A stretch of 61,940 nucleotides of DNA from Lachnospiraceae bacterium (GCA_029067805.1 JAIEDW010000368.1:1-61940); one strand, 5' to 3'; positions 19,377 through 29,548 are shown, counted from the stretch's first letter. Numbers and translations are program-made. Notes: a model not told the origin generated them from the letters alone.

Positions 19377-21991
19377 AATGTCCCCCTTTGGTTTTCTCCC
19401 CCGTGTCCGCCGATAAACAGCGGCTGTAAAAACAAAAAGCTAAAGCCCGCGGGAATACATGGGTGAAATGCCCATTCCGTAAGACTCACAATCCCAAATA
19501 CAATGACAAGCGTAAACGGCACAAGATAAATCCCAAATTTTTCTCCCTGTACCATCACAAGCCGTATCGAACTGTAAAGGCTTAGTGCGCAAATTGCCAA
19601 AAATACTACACCTGCTATCATACCAAAATTATACGCAACCTGCAAATAGGAATTGTGAGCGTGTACCCGCTCCTTTCCCTTATCATTGATAAGTGCCATC
19701 TTCTCATGCCCTTCCAAAGACAATGCTTTTACATAATCCTTAAAAATACCAAAACGTCCGTTCGATATATCGTCTTCTTCCTCGTCGCCGTCTGCCTCTT
19801 CATGGTCATCTTTGGCCGTCCTCAAATCCGCTCCCGCAAAATCCACTCCGGTATAGGCAAGATACAGGCTCCCGCCTCGCGCCTCCTCCTCGTTCTCCTC
19901 GTCCGTGACCGCCTCCTCACGCTGGAACCGCCCGAATAGCGTCGCGAAAAAGCGCGGCACTGTCATATATTTATCAGAATCGATCGGATCTCCTCTGTAA
20001 ATCATAAAGCCTCTGTCCTGATGCTCCAAGTCGTAACGAATCGGCTCGTTGATCACAGCTGGAATCATGCGCACTGCGCTGAACACCAGCGGAAAACACA
20101 GAAGGACAAGCAGCGTCAAAATCCCAATCTCCTTGATCACATCAGACAGCCTCTTGCGGAACGCAAACGCCGCAAGCAGCACGACAAGCGCTGCCGTCAC
20201 AAACGTCGAAAGATACGCCGTCCTTGACATTGTAAGAAAAATGTACCCCGCCGTCACTGACGTGATAAAACACTCAAACGGACAGCTTATAAGTATGTTC
20301 TCCCTGTTTTTGAGCTTTCCGAAGAGTTTTCCCACCGCCGCGCCAAACACGACCGCAAGATACATTCCCGTACATGCCACGGTGTGGAAAATGCCGCCGT
20401 ACCGATAGAGCATCCAATAATGATGCGGTCTGTGGATAAAGCAAAACAGCGTCACAAATCCAAACCCAAGCAGTATCCCGTTTGTAAAATTCTTTAACAG
20501 TCTGCTCTTTAACGCAGGTGAAGTACACAGGAAAAACAGTGTCAAAAACGGTAAGACTGCCGTGAACACCCAGGTTTTTTCAAAACGGTAAACATACAGC
20601 AGCACGGAAAAAATAATCCACAAAAGACCATATACCGTCTGAAGCGCAGTCGGCTTTTTGGGGTGTATTTTTTTTTCCATCATCGCTTTGATCAATTGTA
20701 TCAGTATATTTATGATCAAAAATCCCCATGATACGACCACGCCGCACGTCAAAGCGGCAAGGTGGTGTTCGTTGGTTCCCGTTTCAAAATCGCGGCAATA
20801 CACTGCCGAACCGATCACGGACCCCACAAGCCACAGGATACTTAATATATTAAAAAACTGCACTTCCCGATACATCATCAAAAGCGCTATCGCCAGAAAA
20901 ATCAGCATCCAGCGCGTGTTGGTATAGTGATAGTATTCCCTGTCCGCATTGACATATTGACAGAGCGCGTAAAATAAAAGACCAAAACTCACTGTCTGGA
21001 TATAGTTTCTCCAAATCAGCGATAGCTTCCGCACGGGCGTAAGCTTCGTTTTTTTAGACGCCGCCGGATACCGGTCACGCAGCCAGATCGCAAGCATCAG
21101 CCAAGCAGTTCCCACGAGCGCCGCAACCGTAAAAAAACATCTGTCCACTGCTCCCACGCCAAAACGATTCAATATCACGGAAAAAACAAACAAAAATACG
21201 GCAAATGCAAGCACAAGCGCACTTGCGCCAATTCTCGCATAACGCATATAGCCTACACTGTTTTGTGAAAGCCTGCTGTCATAGAGATAGAGCGCCACAG
21301 CCGCCACAATGTAAAGCACAACGGCTGCCGCAATAATCATCACATAATACAGAAGAATCCCCATTGCCGTAAGCTTTGTGGAATAATCAAAGTCCGCGAC
21401 TAGAGAAACGTCCTCATTGATGATACCGTCGATATAAAGGATACCGTTTTCCGTCTGTTCAAGCTGCCCTCTGTCCGCAACAGGGAGCGCAAGTTCCGCC
21501 TTGCAATACTCCTCCAGATCTTTATCATAGGGAACGAGCATTTCGTAGTAATACGCTTTCTCCGGATCTACATCCATGTCGGGCGTCGCCAAAAGAAATC
21601 CGTCTTTTGCCATATCTGCACTGCAGCGCTTTTCCTCATAGATACAGGAAAATTTTTCATCATATAATCGAAACAGCACATAGTCCGACCCGTCACTTTT
21701 ATCAAGCAGATTGCAGACCACATACAGTTTTACCGCGTACAAATGTTCTTGCGAAAAGTAGACGGTCTGCAGCTTCTTATCGTTCTCCGTAAACGCGTCC
21801 GCGCTGATCTCTTTCAATTCCGACGCCTCATATGCATTCTGCCTTACATAGGTGTGATTTTGCACGGCTCCCTGAGGAAATACGCGCATCAACAGGATAA
21901 AGGCAAGCGTCGCGATGAAAATCTGAACGGCTGCGTTTCTCTTAATATGTTCAATGTCATTGATCGCGTTCCAAAGCGCGTCCTTTATCAC
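19373..21991 (-). CDS. Large O-antigen-ligase/O-oligosaccharyltransferase-like (Wzy_C) membrane protein with an extra extracellular N-terminal domain
   Basis: RYGGIF, FLTMSRTAYL, SNGRFGIF and HAHNSYLQVAYNFGMIAG, typical of the WaaL/PglL family; many TMs. Confidence 0.75.
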   Translation of the reverse strand: MIKDALWNAINDIEHIKRNAAVQIFIATLAFILLMRVFPQGAVQNHTYVRQNAYEASELKEISADAFTENDKKLQTVYFSQEHLYAVKLYVVCNLLDKSDGSDYVLFRLYDEKFSCIYEEKRCSADMAKDGFLLATPDMDVDPEKAYYYEMLVPYDKDLEEYCKAELALPVADRGQLEQTENGILYIDGIINEDVSLVADFDYSTKLTAMGILLYYVMIIAAAVVLYIVAAVALYLYDSRLSQNSVGYMRYARIGASALVLAFAVFLFVFSVILNRFGVGAVDRCFFTVAALVGTAWLMLAIWLRDRYPAASKKTKLTPVRKLSLIWRNYIQTVSFGLLFYALCQYVNADREYYHYTNTRWMLIFLAIALLMMYREVQFFNILSILWLVGSVIGSAVYCRDFETGTNEHHLAALTCGVVVSWGFLIINILIQLIKAMMEKKIHPKKPTALQTVYGLLWIIFSVLLYVYRFEKTWVFTAVLPFLTLFFLCTSPALKSRLLKNFTNGILLGFGFVTLFCFIHRPHHYWMLYRYGGIFHTVACTGMYLAVVFGAAVGKLFGKLKNRENILISCPFECFITSVTAGYIFLTMSRTAYLSTFVTAALVVLLAAFAFRKRLSDVIKEIGILTLLVLLCFPLVFSAVRMIPAVINEPIRYDLEHQDRGFMIYRGDPIDSDKYMTVPRFFATLFGRFQREEAVTDEENEEEARGGSLYLAYTGVDFAGADLRTAKDDHEEADGDEEEDDISNGRFGIFKDYVKALSLEGHEKMALINDKGKERVHAHNSYLQVAYNFGMIAGVVFLAICALSLYSSIRLVMVQGEKFGIYLVPFTLVIVFGIVSLTEWAFHPCIPAGFSFLFLQPLFIGGHGGENQRGTL

Positions 21992-22932
21992 GAGCTTTCA
22001 CCGTCCTTTGCGCCTGTTTCCTCGCGAATCACATACTGAGGCGACTTATTGATGCTGATGTAGATGCGTCCGATATATTCACCGATCAGTCCAAGCATGA
22101 TCATCAGCATGCCGCCGATAAACACAACTGCCGCCATAAGCGAACTAAATCCCATAGGCACTGCGGGATTGACAAACTTTTTAATAATCGTATAGACGCC
22201 GTAAATAAATCCCGCTACAGCGAAGAATACACCCGTCGCTGTCGCGATGCGAAGCGGCAGAATCGAAAATGCCGTAAAGCCGTTAAACCAAAGCGAAAGC
22301 AGCTTTCGCATGGTGTAGCCCGAATCGCCGACTGCGCGGCTTCTATGGTGCACAGGCACATTGGTGATATTTTTGGTAGCACGCAGCACAAGACCGATGA
22401 CATAAGGATAACTGTGCTCATACGCAAGCATGCTATCCACAACAAACCGTTTTGCGGCAAAATAGCTTGTCACTTGCAAGTCCTTTGGTTTTCCCAACAT
22501 GATCCGCGTCATGATGTTGTTGATATGGCTGCCGAAGTTACGAAACGCGCTGTGCTTTTTGGAATCATAGCTTGCATAGACAACATCACTGCCCCGCTCA
22601 ATCGCGTCAATCAGACTACCCACCTCGTTTGCGGGCGTCTGACCGTCATCGTCAAGACACACAACAATATCGCCGTCCGACTTTCGAAGTCCCGCCATCA
22701 ACGCGGCATGCTGACCGAAATTCTTCGCAAGGCTGATGCCTGTAATATTGTTATTTTTTTCACATATTTTTTTGATAACTTCATAGGTTTGATCGGGAGA
22801 ACAGTCGTTTACCAGCACAATATCGTACTCATACGCCGCAAGCCCCTTCATCGTATCCATGATTTCCGCCACTACTGCCTCAATGGTATGTTCACTGCGG
22901 TAGCAGGGTATGACAAAGCTTATTTTGCTCAT
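21988..22932 (-). CDS. ArnC/GtrB-type polyprenyl-phosphate glycosyltransferase (GT2)
   Basis: VNDCSPD, KNFGQHAALMAG, LDDDGQ, two C-terminal TMs, GEYIGRIY. Confidence 0.9.
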   Translation of the reverse strand: MSKISFVIPCYRSEHTIEAVVAEIMDTMKGLAAYEYDIVLVNDCSPDQTYEVIKKICEKNNNITGISLAKNFGQHAALMAGLRKSDGDIVVCLDDDGQTPANEVGSLIDAIERGSDVVYASYDSKKHSAFRNFGSHINNIMTRIMLGKPKDLQVTSYFAAKRFVVDSMLAYEHSYPYVIGLVLRATKNITNVPVHHRSRAVGDSGYTMRKLLSLWFNGFTAFSILPLRIATATGVFFAVAGFIYGVYTIIKKFVNPAVPMGFSSLMAAVVFIGGMLMIMLGLIGEYIGRIYISINKSPQYVIREETGAKDGESS

Positions 22933-23489
22933 TCACACATATCTCCTTTTAAGGCGCCGTATAATATCAGATCCTCATATTTTCCGTCAAGCAAAAGCTC
23001 GTCTCTTAAATACGCCTCTTGACGAAATTTCAGTTTTTCATTCATGCGGATACACGGCTTGTTATGGGCAAGCACTCTCGAATGAAGTTTGTGCAGTTTT
23101 AATTGATAAAAGGCGTAATCCAGAATGAGTTTCCCAACCTGTGTCCCTACGCCCTTGCTGCGCGTTTCGTCCGCATTCAAAAACAATCCCCATTCCGCCT
23201 TGTTGTTTTCCTCGTCAAAATTTTGAAGGTACGCGGAGCCAATCGGCGTGCCATCCTCAATACGGCATATCACAAACTGGTGTACATCCCCCGTAAAAAC
23301 CTTATTCTCAAGCCAATTCATATGTTCCTGCACGGTAATACGTTTTTTATAGATAAAATTATCGACGACCTCCGGCGAATTGCGCCAGCGAAGCACATCC
23401 TCCGTATCCTCTGCCGTAATCGGTCTTAAATAGACCGTTTCCCCCTCTATCCGCAACTGTTTGTCCATTGGTTTCATATTGATTGCCAT
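22929..23489 (-). CDS. GNAT N-acyltransferase (PseH-like)
   Basis: LRPITAEDTEDVLRWRN, AEWG, KGVGT, N..I..NEKLKF.QEA. Confidence 0.85.
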   Translation of the reverse strand: MAINMKPMDKQLRIEGETVYLRPITAEDTEDVLRWRNSPEVVDNFIYKKRITVQEHMNWLENKVFTGDVHQFVICRIEDGTPIGSAYLQNFDEENNKAEWGLFLNADETRSKGVGTQVGKLILDYAFYQLKLHKLHSRVLAHNKPCIRMNEKLKFRQEAYLRDELLLDGKYEDLILYGALKGDMCE

Positions 23490-23495
23490 ACTCCT

Positions 23496-25298
23496 TTATT
23501 GTTTCTTTAACCCATACACAAAAAACGCCGTTTCCCCACTGTCCGTGCGTATTTCGTCAACGCGCTCACACGCTATGTTCTCGCCCCGCTTCGCATAATA
23601 TGTTTCCATCCATTCCATATCTCTGTTCGGCGCCGCCACAAAGCATACCTTCGTCTGCTTTAGCAGTGCACTCTGTAAATCCCGAAAATCTCTATCCGCA
23701 AGTTTTTGTCTTGCAAGCGGACTTTTTGCAAGCCACCCGCCGCAATAATCAAAATTTTTATAAGTATTATCCACGTCCAAAAATATTTTTTCTGAGTACG
23801 CGGCTCCCTCATATGAAGTCGAAGAATATACATCGATCACATAATACCGTTCCTCATTTTCACGGCAATAATTCATCAGTGCATACCACCTGTTATCCGC
23901 ACGCTCCCTTGCCTCATACTCATTGCTCACACGCATAAAATTCTTCGCAAACGCCGCAGCCAGCAGGAAGACCACAAACAGGTATACAGTCACTGCCGTC
24001 ACTTTTGGTTTCTCTTGTTCCCGCATGTCTGCATGTACATTTGCAAATCGATGCATATCGCGCAGCCAAAAACCGATGATACACGCAAGCTCTCCCATGA
24101 TCAGCGGCATCGTCACCCTGTCAAGAAGGCGGTCTACCATATATAAATATAACCACAAAACACTCCTTATAAGCAAAAGAAACGCTATTTTGGGCACTGT
24201 CCTGCCAAACACTTTCCAAAACTGTCCGTTTTTTGCCGCAGGCGCAAGACAAAAAAACAGATAAATCCCATATGCCGCCACAACGGCAAAATCCGCTGCC
24301 GAAGCGTTATGCAGCAGACGGTCTTTATATAGCCACAACGCTCCGCCTACGCTGTTTTTACTTACAAATCCAAAGGTATTATTTAATCGGTCTTTCTGAT
24401 ATTCTGCCATCGACTCCAAAAGCCATGTGTCAATCGAGTCGTCAAGTGCAAAGTTATAATTCTCAAGCAGTGTGTAAGATTCTCTTGAAAGTCCTACCGA
24501 CTCGTAAAAATCGATATTCTGCTCATAATTGGGAATACCATAAAAATCATAAAGCTCTGTCCTTGCGTCAAAAAAATCCCTAAAATTGCTCCACTCGTTT
24601 CCGTGATAGGCAAGCAAATCCAGACTGAACACCGCAAACATGCCAAGCAGCGCAAACCCAATCAGCAAGAGGTATTTTCTGACGTTTTCGACCGTGAAGA
24701 TTTTTTCCTCAGACGCCCATTTAAACATTCCTGCATACAGCACAAACGGCATCAGCATAAGACAGACTTCCGTTCTGATCATAAAGGCAAGTACCACGAG
24801 AACAAGCGGGATTGCATTGTTTCCTTTTTTGTTATCGGACGTGATAAACAAAAAAATCGCACACATCATGCACATTCCCGACGTGACACTGTACTGCACA
24901 ATGACAAGCTCGCGCAAAAACAACCCAAAGAACAGAAAAAACGCCGCAAGAAGCGCCATAATTCGTCCTTTTGTGGTCTTTAAAATCGCAGTAAGCCGCA
25001 TTGCGATCAGAATGACAGCGCCAAACTGACAGACGCACAAAAACAAGCCATACCATGCAATACTTGGTACAACCTTGTACAGAAGGGCAATCAGCCACGC
25101 GAGCGGATACAAAAGCTGTACGCAGTAACCGCTCGGAGCGCCTGTGTAAGCGCCCGAAACGATATCCTTGATCAGAGTATCGTCATTCAAATCATAATAA
25201 AAATCAAATACGATCGCAGGGAACGCCACAAGCAGAATGGTGAACACGGTCAGAACGCACACTCTGCCTGCTTTCCTGCCTGTGCGGCTATCCATCAT
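23496..25298 (-). CDS. Multi-pass membrane protein, probable GT-C glycosyltransferase
   Basis: YYDLNDD acidic motif after the first TM, >10 TMs, extracellular loops; lies between rffA and the ArnC-like GT2. Confidence 0.55.
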   Translation of the reverse strand: MMDSRTGRKAGRVCVLTVFTILLVAFPAIVFDFYYDLNDDTLIKDIVSGAYTGAPSGYCVQLLYPLAWLIALLYKVVPSIAWYGLFLCVCQFGAVILIAMRLTAILKTTKGRIMALLAAFFLFFGLFLRELVIVQYSVTSGMCMMCAIFLFITSDNKKGNNAIPLVLVVLAFMIRTEVCLMLMPFVLYAGMFKWASEEKIFTVENVRKYLLLIGFALLGMFAVFSLDLLAYHGNEWSNFRDFFDARTELYDFYGIPNYEQNIDFYESVGLSRESYTLLENYNFALDDSIDTWLLESMAEYQKDRLNNTFGFVSKNSVGGALWLYKDRLLHNASAADFAVVAAYGIYLFFCLAPAAKNGQFWKVFGRTVPKIAFLLLIRSVLWLYLYMVDRLLDRVTMPLIMGELACIIGFWLRDMHRFANVHADMREQEKPKVTAVTVYLFVVFLLAAAFAKNFMRVSNEYEARERADNRWYALMNYCRENEERYYVIDVYSSTSYEGAAYSEKIFLDVDNTYKNFDYCGGWLAKSPLARQKLADRDFRDLQSALLKQTKVCFVAAPNRDMEWMETYYAKRGENIACERVDEIRTDSGETAFFVYGLKKQ

Positions 25299-26425
25299 AC
25301 GTGATAGAACTCCTTCACCTTGCTAACGATATAATCAACTTCAGACTCCTTCAGCGCATAAAACATCGGAAGTCTGAAAATTCTTTCACTCTCTTTTGTC
25401 GTATAGACATCTTCCCCCACAAATTTACCGAATTTTTGTCCCGCCGGAGCGGTATGAAGCGGTACATAGTGAAATACGCTCCAGATGCCGTTTTCCTTTA
25501 AAAACTCGATCAGCTCTGTCCGCTCTTCCAGATCACGCGTCTTTGCATAATACATGTGCCCGTTATGCACACAGCCTTCTGGAATCGTCGGAAGTTCCAA
25601 CAGTCCGCGTTCTTTTAAAGGCTGTAACAATGTATTGTACTGCTCCCAGCGCGCAAGCCTTGCCTTTGTGATTTCCGCGGCAAGTTCTAACTGCGCCCAC
25701 AGATAAGCGGCATTCATATCACTTGGCAGATACGAAGAACCGTAATTCATCCATCGGTACTTGTCCACCTGTCCGCGGTAATATTGAGATCTGTTAGTGC
25801 CCTTTTCGCGGATGATCTCGGCTTCATTGATATATTTTTCGTCCTTGATCAAAATTGCGCCGCCCTCGCCCATGCTCAGATTTTTTGTTTCATGGAACGA
25901 ATAGCAGCCAAAGTCGCCGATGGTCCCGAGCGCCTTGCCCTTGTACGTCGCCATAATACACTGTGCCGCGTCCTCAATAACAAATAAGTTGTACTTTTGT
26001 GCAAGCTCCATGATCTTATCCATCTCACAGGAAACGCCCGCATAGTGCATTGGCACAATTGCCCTTGTTTTTGGGGTTATCGCTGCCTCGATCAGATTTT
26101 CGTCGATATTCATGGTATCCGGTCTGATATCGACAAACACTGCCGTTGCTCCGCGTAGCACAAACGCGTCCGCGGTTGACACAAAGGTATAGGACGGCAT
26201 AATGACCTCGTCGCCTTCCTTAATGTCCGCAAGAAGCGCTGCAAGTTCTGTCGCGTGTGTGCAAGAGGTTGTGAGAAGGCATTTTGCTGTGCCTGTTTTT
26301 TCTTCAATCCATTCATTGCATTTCTGTGTGAAAGGACCATCACCACATATTTTTTGGTTTTCGACTGATTGTTTGATGTATTCGATTTCCTTTCCCGTAA
26401 ACGGAGGAACATTAAAGTTGATCAT
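25295..26425 (-). CDS. rffA: dTDP-4-amino-4,6-dideoxygalactose transaminase (WecE/RffA)
   Basis: MINFNVPP, CGDGPFT, SCTHATE, PSYTFVSTADAF, SFHETKN, REKGTNRS, GSSYLPS, FHYVPLH. Confidence 0.93.
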   Translation of the reverse strand: MINFNVPPFTGKEIEYIKQSVENQKICGDGPFTQKCNEWIEEKTGTAKCLLTTSCTHATELAALLADIKEGDEVIMPSYTFVSTADAFVLRGATAVFVDIRPDTMNIDENLIEAAITPKTRAIVPMHYAGVSCEMDKIMELAQKYNLFVIEDAAQCIMATYKGKALGTIGDFGCYSFHETKNLSMGEGGAILIKDEKYINEAEIIREKGTNRSQYYRGQVDKYRWMNYGSSYLPSDMNAAYLWAQLELAAEITKARLARWEQYNTLLQPLKERGLLELPTIPEGCVHNGHMYYAKTRDLEERTELIEFLKENGIWSVFHYVPLHTAPAGQKFGKFVGEDVYTTKESERIFRLPMFYALKESEVDYIVSKVKEFYHV

Positions 26426-26466
26426 GTGGCTCTCCTTCCCGATTTTGGCAATCTTTTCTATTTTTA

Positions 26467-26495
26467 ATATTACACATTATACGGGCATTTTGCAA
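26467..26495 (-). promoter_or_regulatory. Possible sigma-A promoter for the rffA module
   Basis: TTGCAA-N17-TAATAT in the 112-bp AT-rich gap; a TATAAT also lies at 26476-26481. Confidence 0.45.
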
Positions 26496-26537
26496 GGTAA
26501 ATATTGGAAGTAGCCAAAAAGCAAAAACTTTCATTTT

Positions 26538-28358
26538 TTACTGTATAACATTCGCATGATATACCGAAAACATACTATTCTCATACAACATTTCATAGTC
26601 TGACGCTTCTATAAACGCGTTGATTGCGTCAAGCTTTGCATCCAATTCTCCCTTCTGCGCTCTTATATGCAGCGCTTCTTTTCCTAAAATGACCACAGGC
26701 GTTTCGCCGTTTTGGTACAAATCCTCCAAATCCCGCTCAAGCAAGCTGAGCCTGTTGGAATCCAAATCCGCCCATGTCGTAAAGACAGCAGGCTCCATCT
26801 CCAAAATATAGGCAATTGCCGGAATATCGCCATATAATATCACCTGTTTTTTATTTAATCCACTGTCATACAAAAAGCTGTCAAGTCCTTCTATCGCCTG
26901 CTTTTTTTCGGGAGTTGTTTTCAGTCCCGAGGTTACCGTTGCACAGTTCAGTTCGGATAAACGCTCCTGCCCTGTGGCAGCGCCCGCATCATGAAAAATA
27001 AAATAATACCCAAAAAGAATACTTTGTACCATTGTGCAAAGTAAGATCATCACGCATACACTGACAGCCACAAACCGCCTATCTGCCCTAAACGTTGTGT
27101 CTGTCTTTAAGGTGCGCAGACATTGCGCAAACAGGTACACTGATACCGGCGCTACAAGAAACAGGTTATTGATGATTGGATGAAGCGCATTGTTGCTGCC
27201 TAGCGGCGTAATCCATATGATCACCAGCAAAAATGCTGCCCACAGCTTACTCTCCTCCTGTATTTTTGACGAAAAAAACGTCCACACACAGGCAATCATC
27301 ACAAACAGTAAATATACTGTCACCCACTTATACATGCTAAAGAATTCAGTGGTGTAATCGAAGCCAAACATCCCTCTGCCATAGCAAAATCTTATCAGTA
27401 CTATCATGCCTAAAAGATACAGCGTTTTTATTACTAATGTTATTTTACTTTTAAAATTGTTTTCCATACGAATAGCGTCTATGATCCGAAACGCAATCAC
27501 GCCCAGAACGCCATACACTGCGAAAATCCCAAGCCATGCGCTATATCGGGCATAATCTCCAAACATTGCGCCAAGCATGGAAGTCGGTTTATAGTCGGTC
27601 GCCGTTTCCGTGACTTCAAAAAGTGATGTGATCATGCCAAGATAGGCAGATATTCCGTATTTCATGCAAATATAACCAAGCGGCGCAATCATTCCTACCG
27701 CATATCCGCCCACACAGTAAAGCGTTCTGCTGCACAATTTCCCAAATTTCTCCTTTTTGAGGATGCTAAAATACCACAGCGGAAGAATGAATGCCATATA
27801 GGTAACATTGGGCATTCTGACAGCGATACATAATCCGAGAATTTCTCCGGCTGTTATATATCCTTTTTTATTGTCCTCTATAATTGCCTGATAAAGCGTC
27901 AGCACAGCAATTGTCATCAGCAGGTAGCCGAGATAATGATATAAAATCACATTCGGCGCCCAGCAAAGCGAAAGGGCGGTAAACTCCGCGAGAAAAAAAA
28001 GAAACACTCCTGCCCTTAACTTTTCCTCATATAGCCTGCACACGTATAAAAATGCAGCTGCTGCCACAGCGCCGACCGGCAGTCCGGAATAAATGTTCAT
28101 CCCTGCCCACGTATCTCCCCACGGAAGATTTGACAACACAACACCCGTAACATTTGCAAGGTATGTGGCAAGCTTCCACATCGGATTCAGTACATCAAAA
28201 AAACGGTAGTTTCCAAGCGCGTAGCCTGCGTCCATAAGGTCTACTCCCGTAAACGCATGGCGCAGCGGGTACAGAAGCAAAACTGCCGCCATCAAATATT
28301 TTATTTTGTTTATGTTGCTAATTCTGTTCTTTTGACTTTCTGCTGCTCCCATTTTCAT
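26538..28358 (-). CDS. Multi-pass membrane protein, possible GT-C glycosyltransferase
   Basis: GVDLMDAGY motif after the first TM, about 12 TMs, soluble C-terminal domain. Confidence 0.5.
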   Translation of the reverse strand: MKMGAAESQKNRISNINKIKYLMAAVLLLYPLRHAFTGVDLMDAGYALGNYRFFDVLNPMWKLATYLANVTGVVLSNLPWGDTWAGMNIYSGLPVGAVAAAAFLYVCRLYEEKLRAGVFLFFLAEFTALSLCWAPNVILYHYLGYLLMTIAVLTLYQAIIEDNKKGYITAGEILGLCIAVRMPNVTYMAFILPLWYFSILKKEKFGKLCSRTLYCVGGYAVGMIAPLGYICMKYGISAYLGMITSLFEVTETATDYKPTSMLGAMFGDYARYSAWLGIFAVYGVLGVIAFRIIDAIRMENNFKSKITLVIKTLYLLGMIVLIRFCYGRGMFGFDYTTEFFSMYKWVTVYLLFVMIACVWTFFSSKIQEESKLWAAFLLVIIWITPLGSNNALHPIINNLFLVAPVSVYLFAQCLRTLKTDTTFRADRRFVAVSVCVMILLCTMVQSILFGYYFIFHDAGAATGQERLSELNCATVTSGLKTTPEKKQAIEGLDSFLYDSGLNKKQVILYGDIPAIAYILEMEPAVFTTWADLDSNRLSLLERDLEDLYQNGETPVVILGKEALHIRAQKGELDAKLDAINAFIEASDYEMLYENSMFSVYHANVIQ

Positions 28359-28364
28359 CTCCGT

Positions 28365-28410
28365 TTTTAATCATTTACAAGTTTATGCTTACAGAAACTT
28401 GTGATTAAAA
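28365..28410. other. Intergenic bulged stem-loop
   Basis: ttttaatc(attt)acaagttt pairs with aaacttgtgattaaaa directly after the stop at 28414. Confidence 0.45.
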
Positions 28411-28413
28411 GAT

Positions 28414-29499
28414 TTATCTTTCATCTTTATTTCTTATCATTACCTGTTTTCTAATAATTTCTATCAACGTACACACACAATAAACAGTAAGCACCGTAAC
28501 AATCATATGTCCCAAAAATCCGGCAAGTGATGCGTCAATCCAAGCCTTGCAATTAAACCAATCTACCCACAGATATCGAATGTTGATATGCTCGTGGATT
28601 AAATATACGCCAAAGGTCGCACCCGACACAAGTTCTATGGGCTTTCTGATGCGCTCTAATCGATTACCTTGGTTGCCCGCTTTTTTGCCAAAGCATTCAT
28701 GGAAGGCCATAAAAAGTCCTATTGTGCCCAGATAACAAAGCAAATGATTGTATGTATAGCCATAATTGATAAAATCTCCAAAACTTCCCGTCACAAAATA
28801 AACCTTTCGGATCACCAGAAAAGACACAAAGATCAAAAGCACACTGCAAAGATAAAGAGCCAATGCCTTTATCCGGCTGTTGATCACTGGGATACCATAG
28901 CGTCTGATATAAGCTCCCGTAAGATAGATCGTCACAAACCAAAACGCATCATATCCGTATTTATCCCACGCAAGCTGCATCGGGATCACGGTCTTTGCAA
29001 TGCAAAATATCAACAAAAACGCGCCCAAAAGCTTCTTAAGGTTCTTCTTATCAAGCATCTCCACGCCTCTGTCCAAAAAAGGCATAAAAAGGCAGAGGAT
29101 AATATAAGAAGTGGCAAACCAATAGTGTTCTGTTACAATTGGGAAAATATAGGTAAAAATCCGATAAATATCAAACTGCTGTATTCCTGTAAGAATCGCA
29201 ATCACACCAATTACGACCGAATAAAATATCACCTGTTTCCAAATATTAAAAGGGCGTCTTAACACATCTTTCGTTTCCGTTCCCGCACCAAAATATCCGC
29301 TGATTAGCACATAGACATTCACAGCGACAAGGCAAAATGCCTCAATGAACCACGCCGCATAGCCCGTCGCGCTGATTCTTGCCCTTGCGGGATCTCCCAA
29401 AAATCCGCCTTTGCTCAGATAATGAAGGCACACGATCATAAGCATTGCCAGAATGCGCAGCAACTCGTAATTTAATTGTCTGCCCTTTTTTTCTGCCAT
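28414..29499 (-). CDS. Acyltransferase-3 (OafA-like) membrane O-acyltransferase
   Basis: NYELLRILAMLMIVCLH, VLISGYF, YWF, TFGVYLIH; ATG 29499 behind GGAGG. Confidence 0.88.
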   Translation of the reverse strand: MAEKKGRQLNYELLRILAMLMIVCLHYLSKGGFLGDPARARISATGYAAWFIEAFCLVAVNVYVLISGYFGAGTETKDVLRRPFNIWKQVIFYSVVIGVIAILTGIQQFDIYRIFTYIFPIVTEHYWFATSYIILCLFMPFLDRGVEMLDKKNLKKLLGAFLLIFCIAKTVIPMQLAWDKYGYDAFWFVTIYLTGAYIRRYGIPVINSRIKALALYLCSVLLIFVSFLVIRKVYFVTGSFGDFINYGYTYNHLLCYLGTIGLFMAFHECFGKKAGNQGNRLERIRKPIELVSGATFGVYLIHEHINIRYLWVDWFNCKAWIDASLAGFLGHMIVTVLTVYCVCTLIEIIRKQVMIRNKDER

Positions 29500-29548
29500 A
29501 TTAATCCTCCATTCTTGCCAAAGCCTGCGAATTTTAATGTGAACTTGT

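Noticed and set aside
20668-20676. A9 tract in the O-ligase-like gene (also 8-nt A/T tracts near 11460, 27995 and 38150) as phase-variation sites
   Set aside because: Short A/T runs encoding Lys/Phe are common at this composition, all frames are intact, and there are no long poly-G/C tracts.
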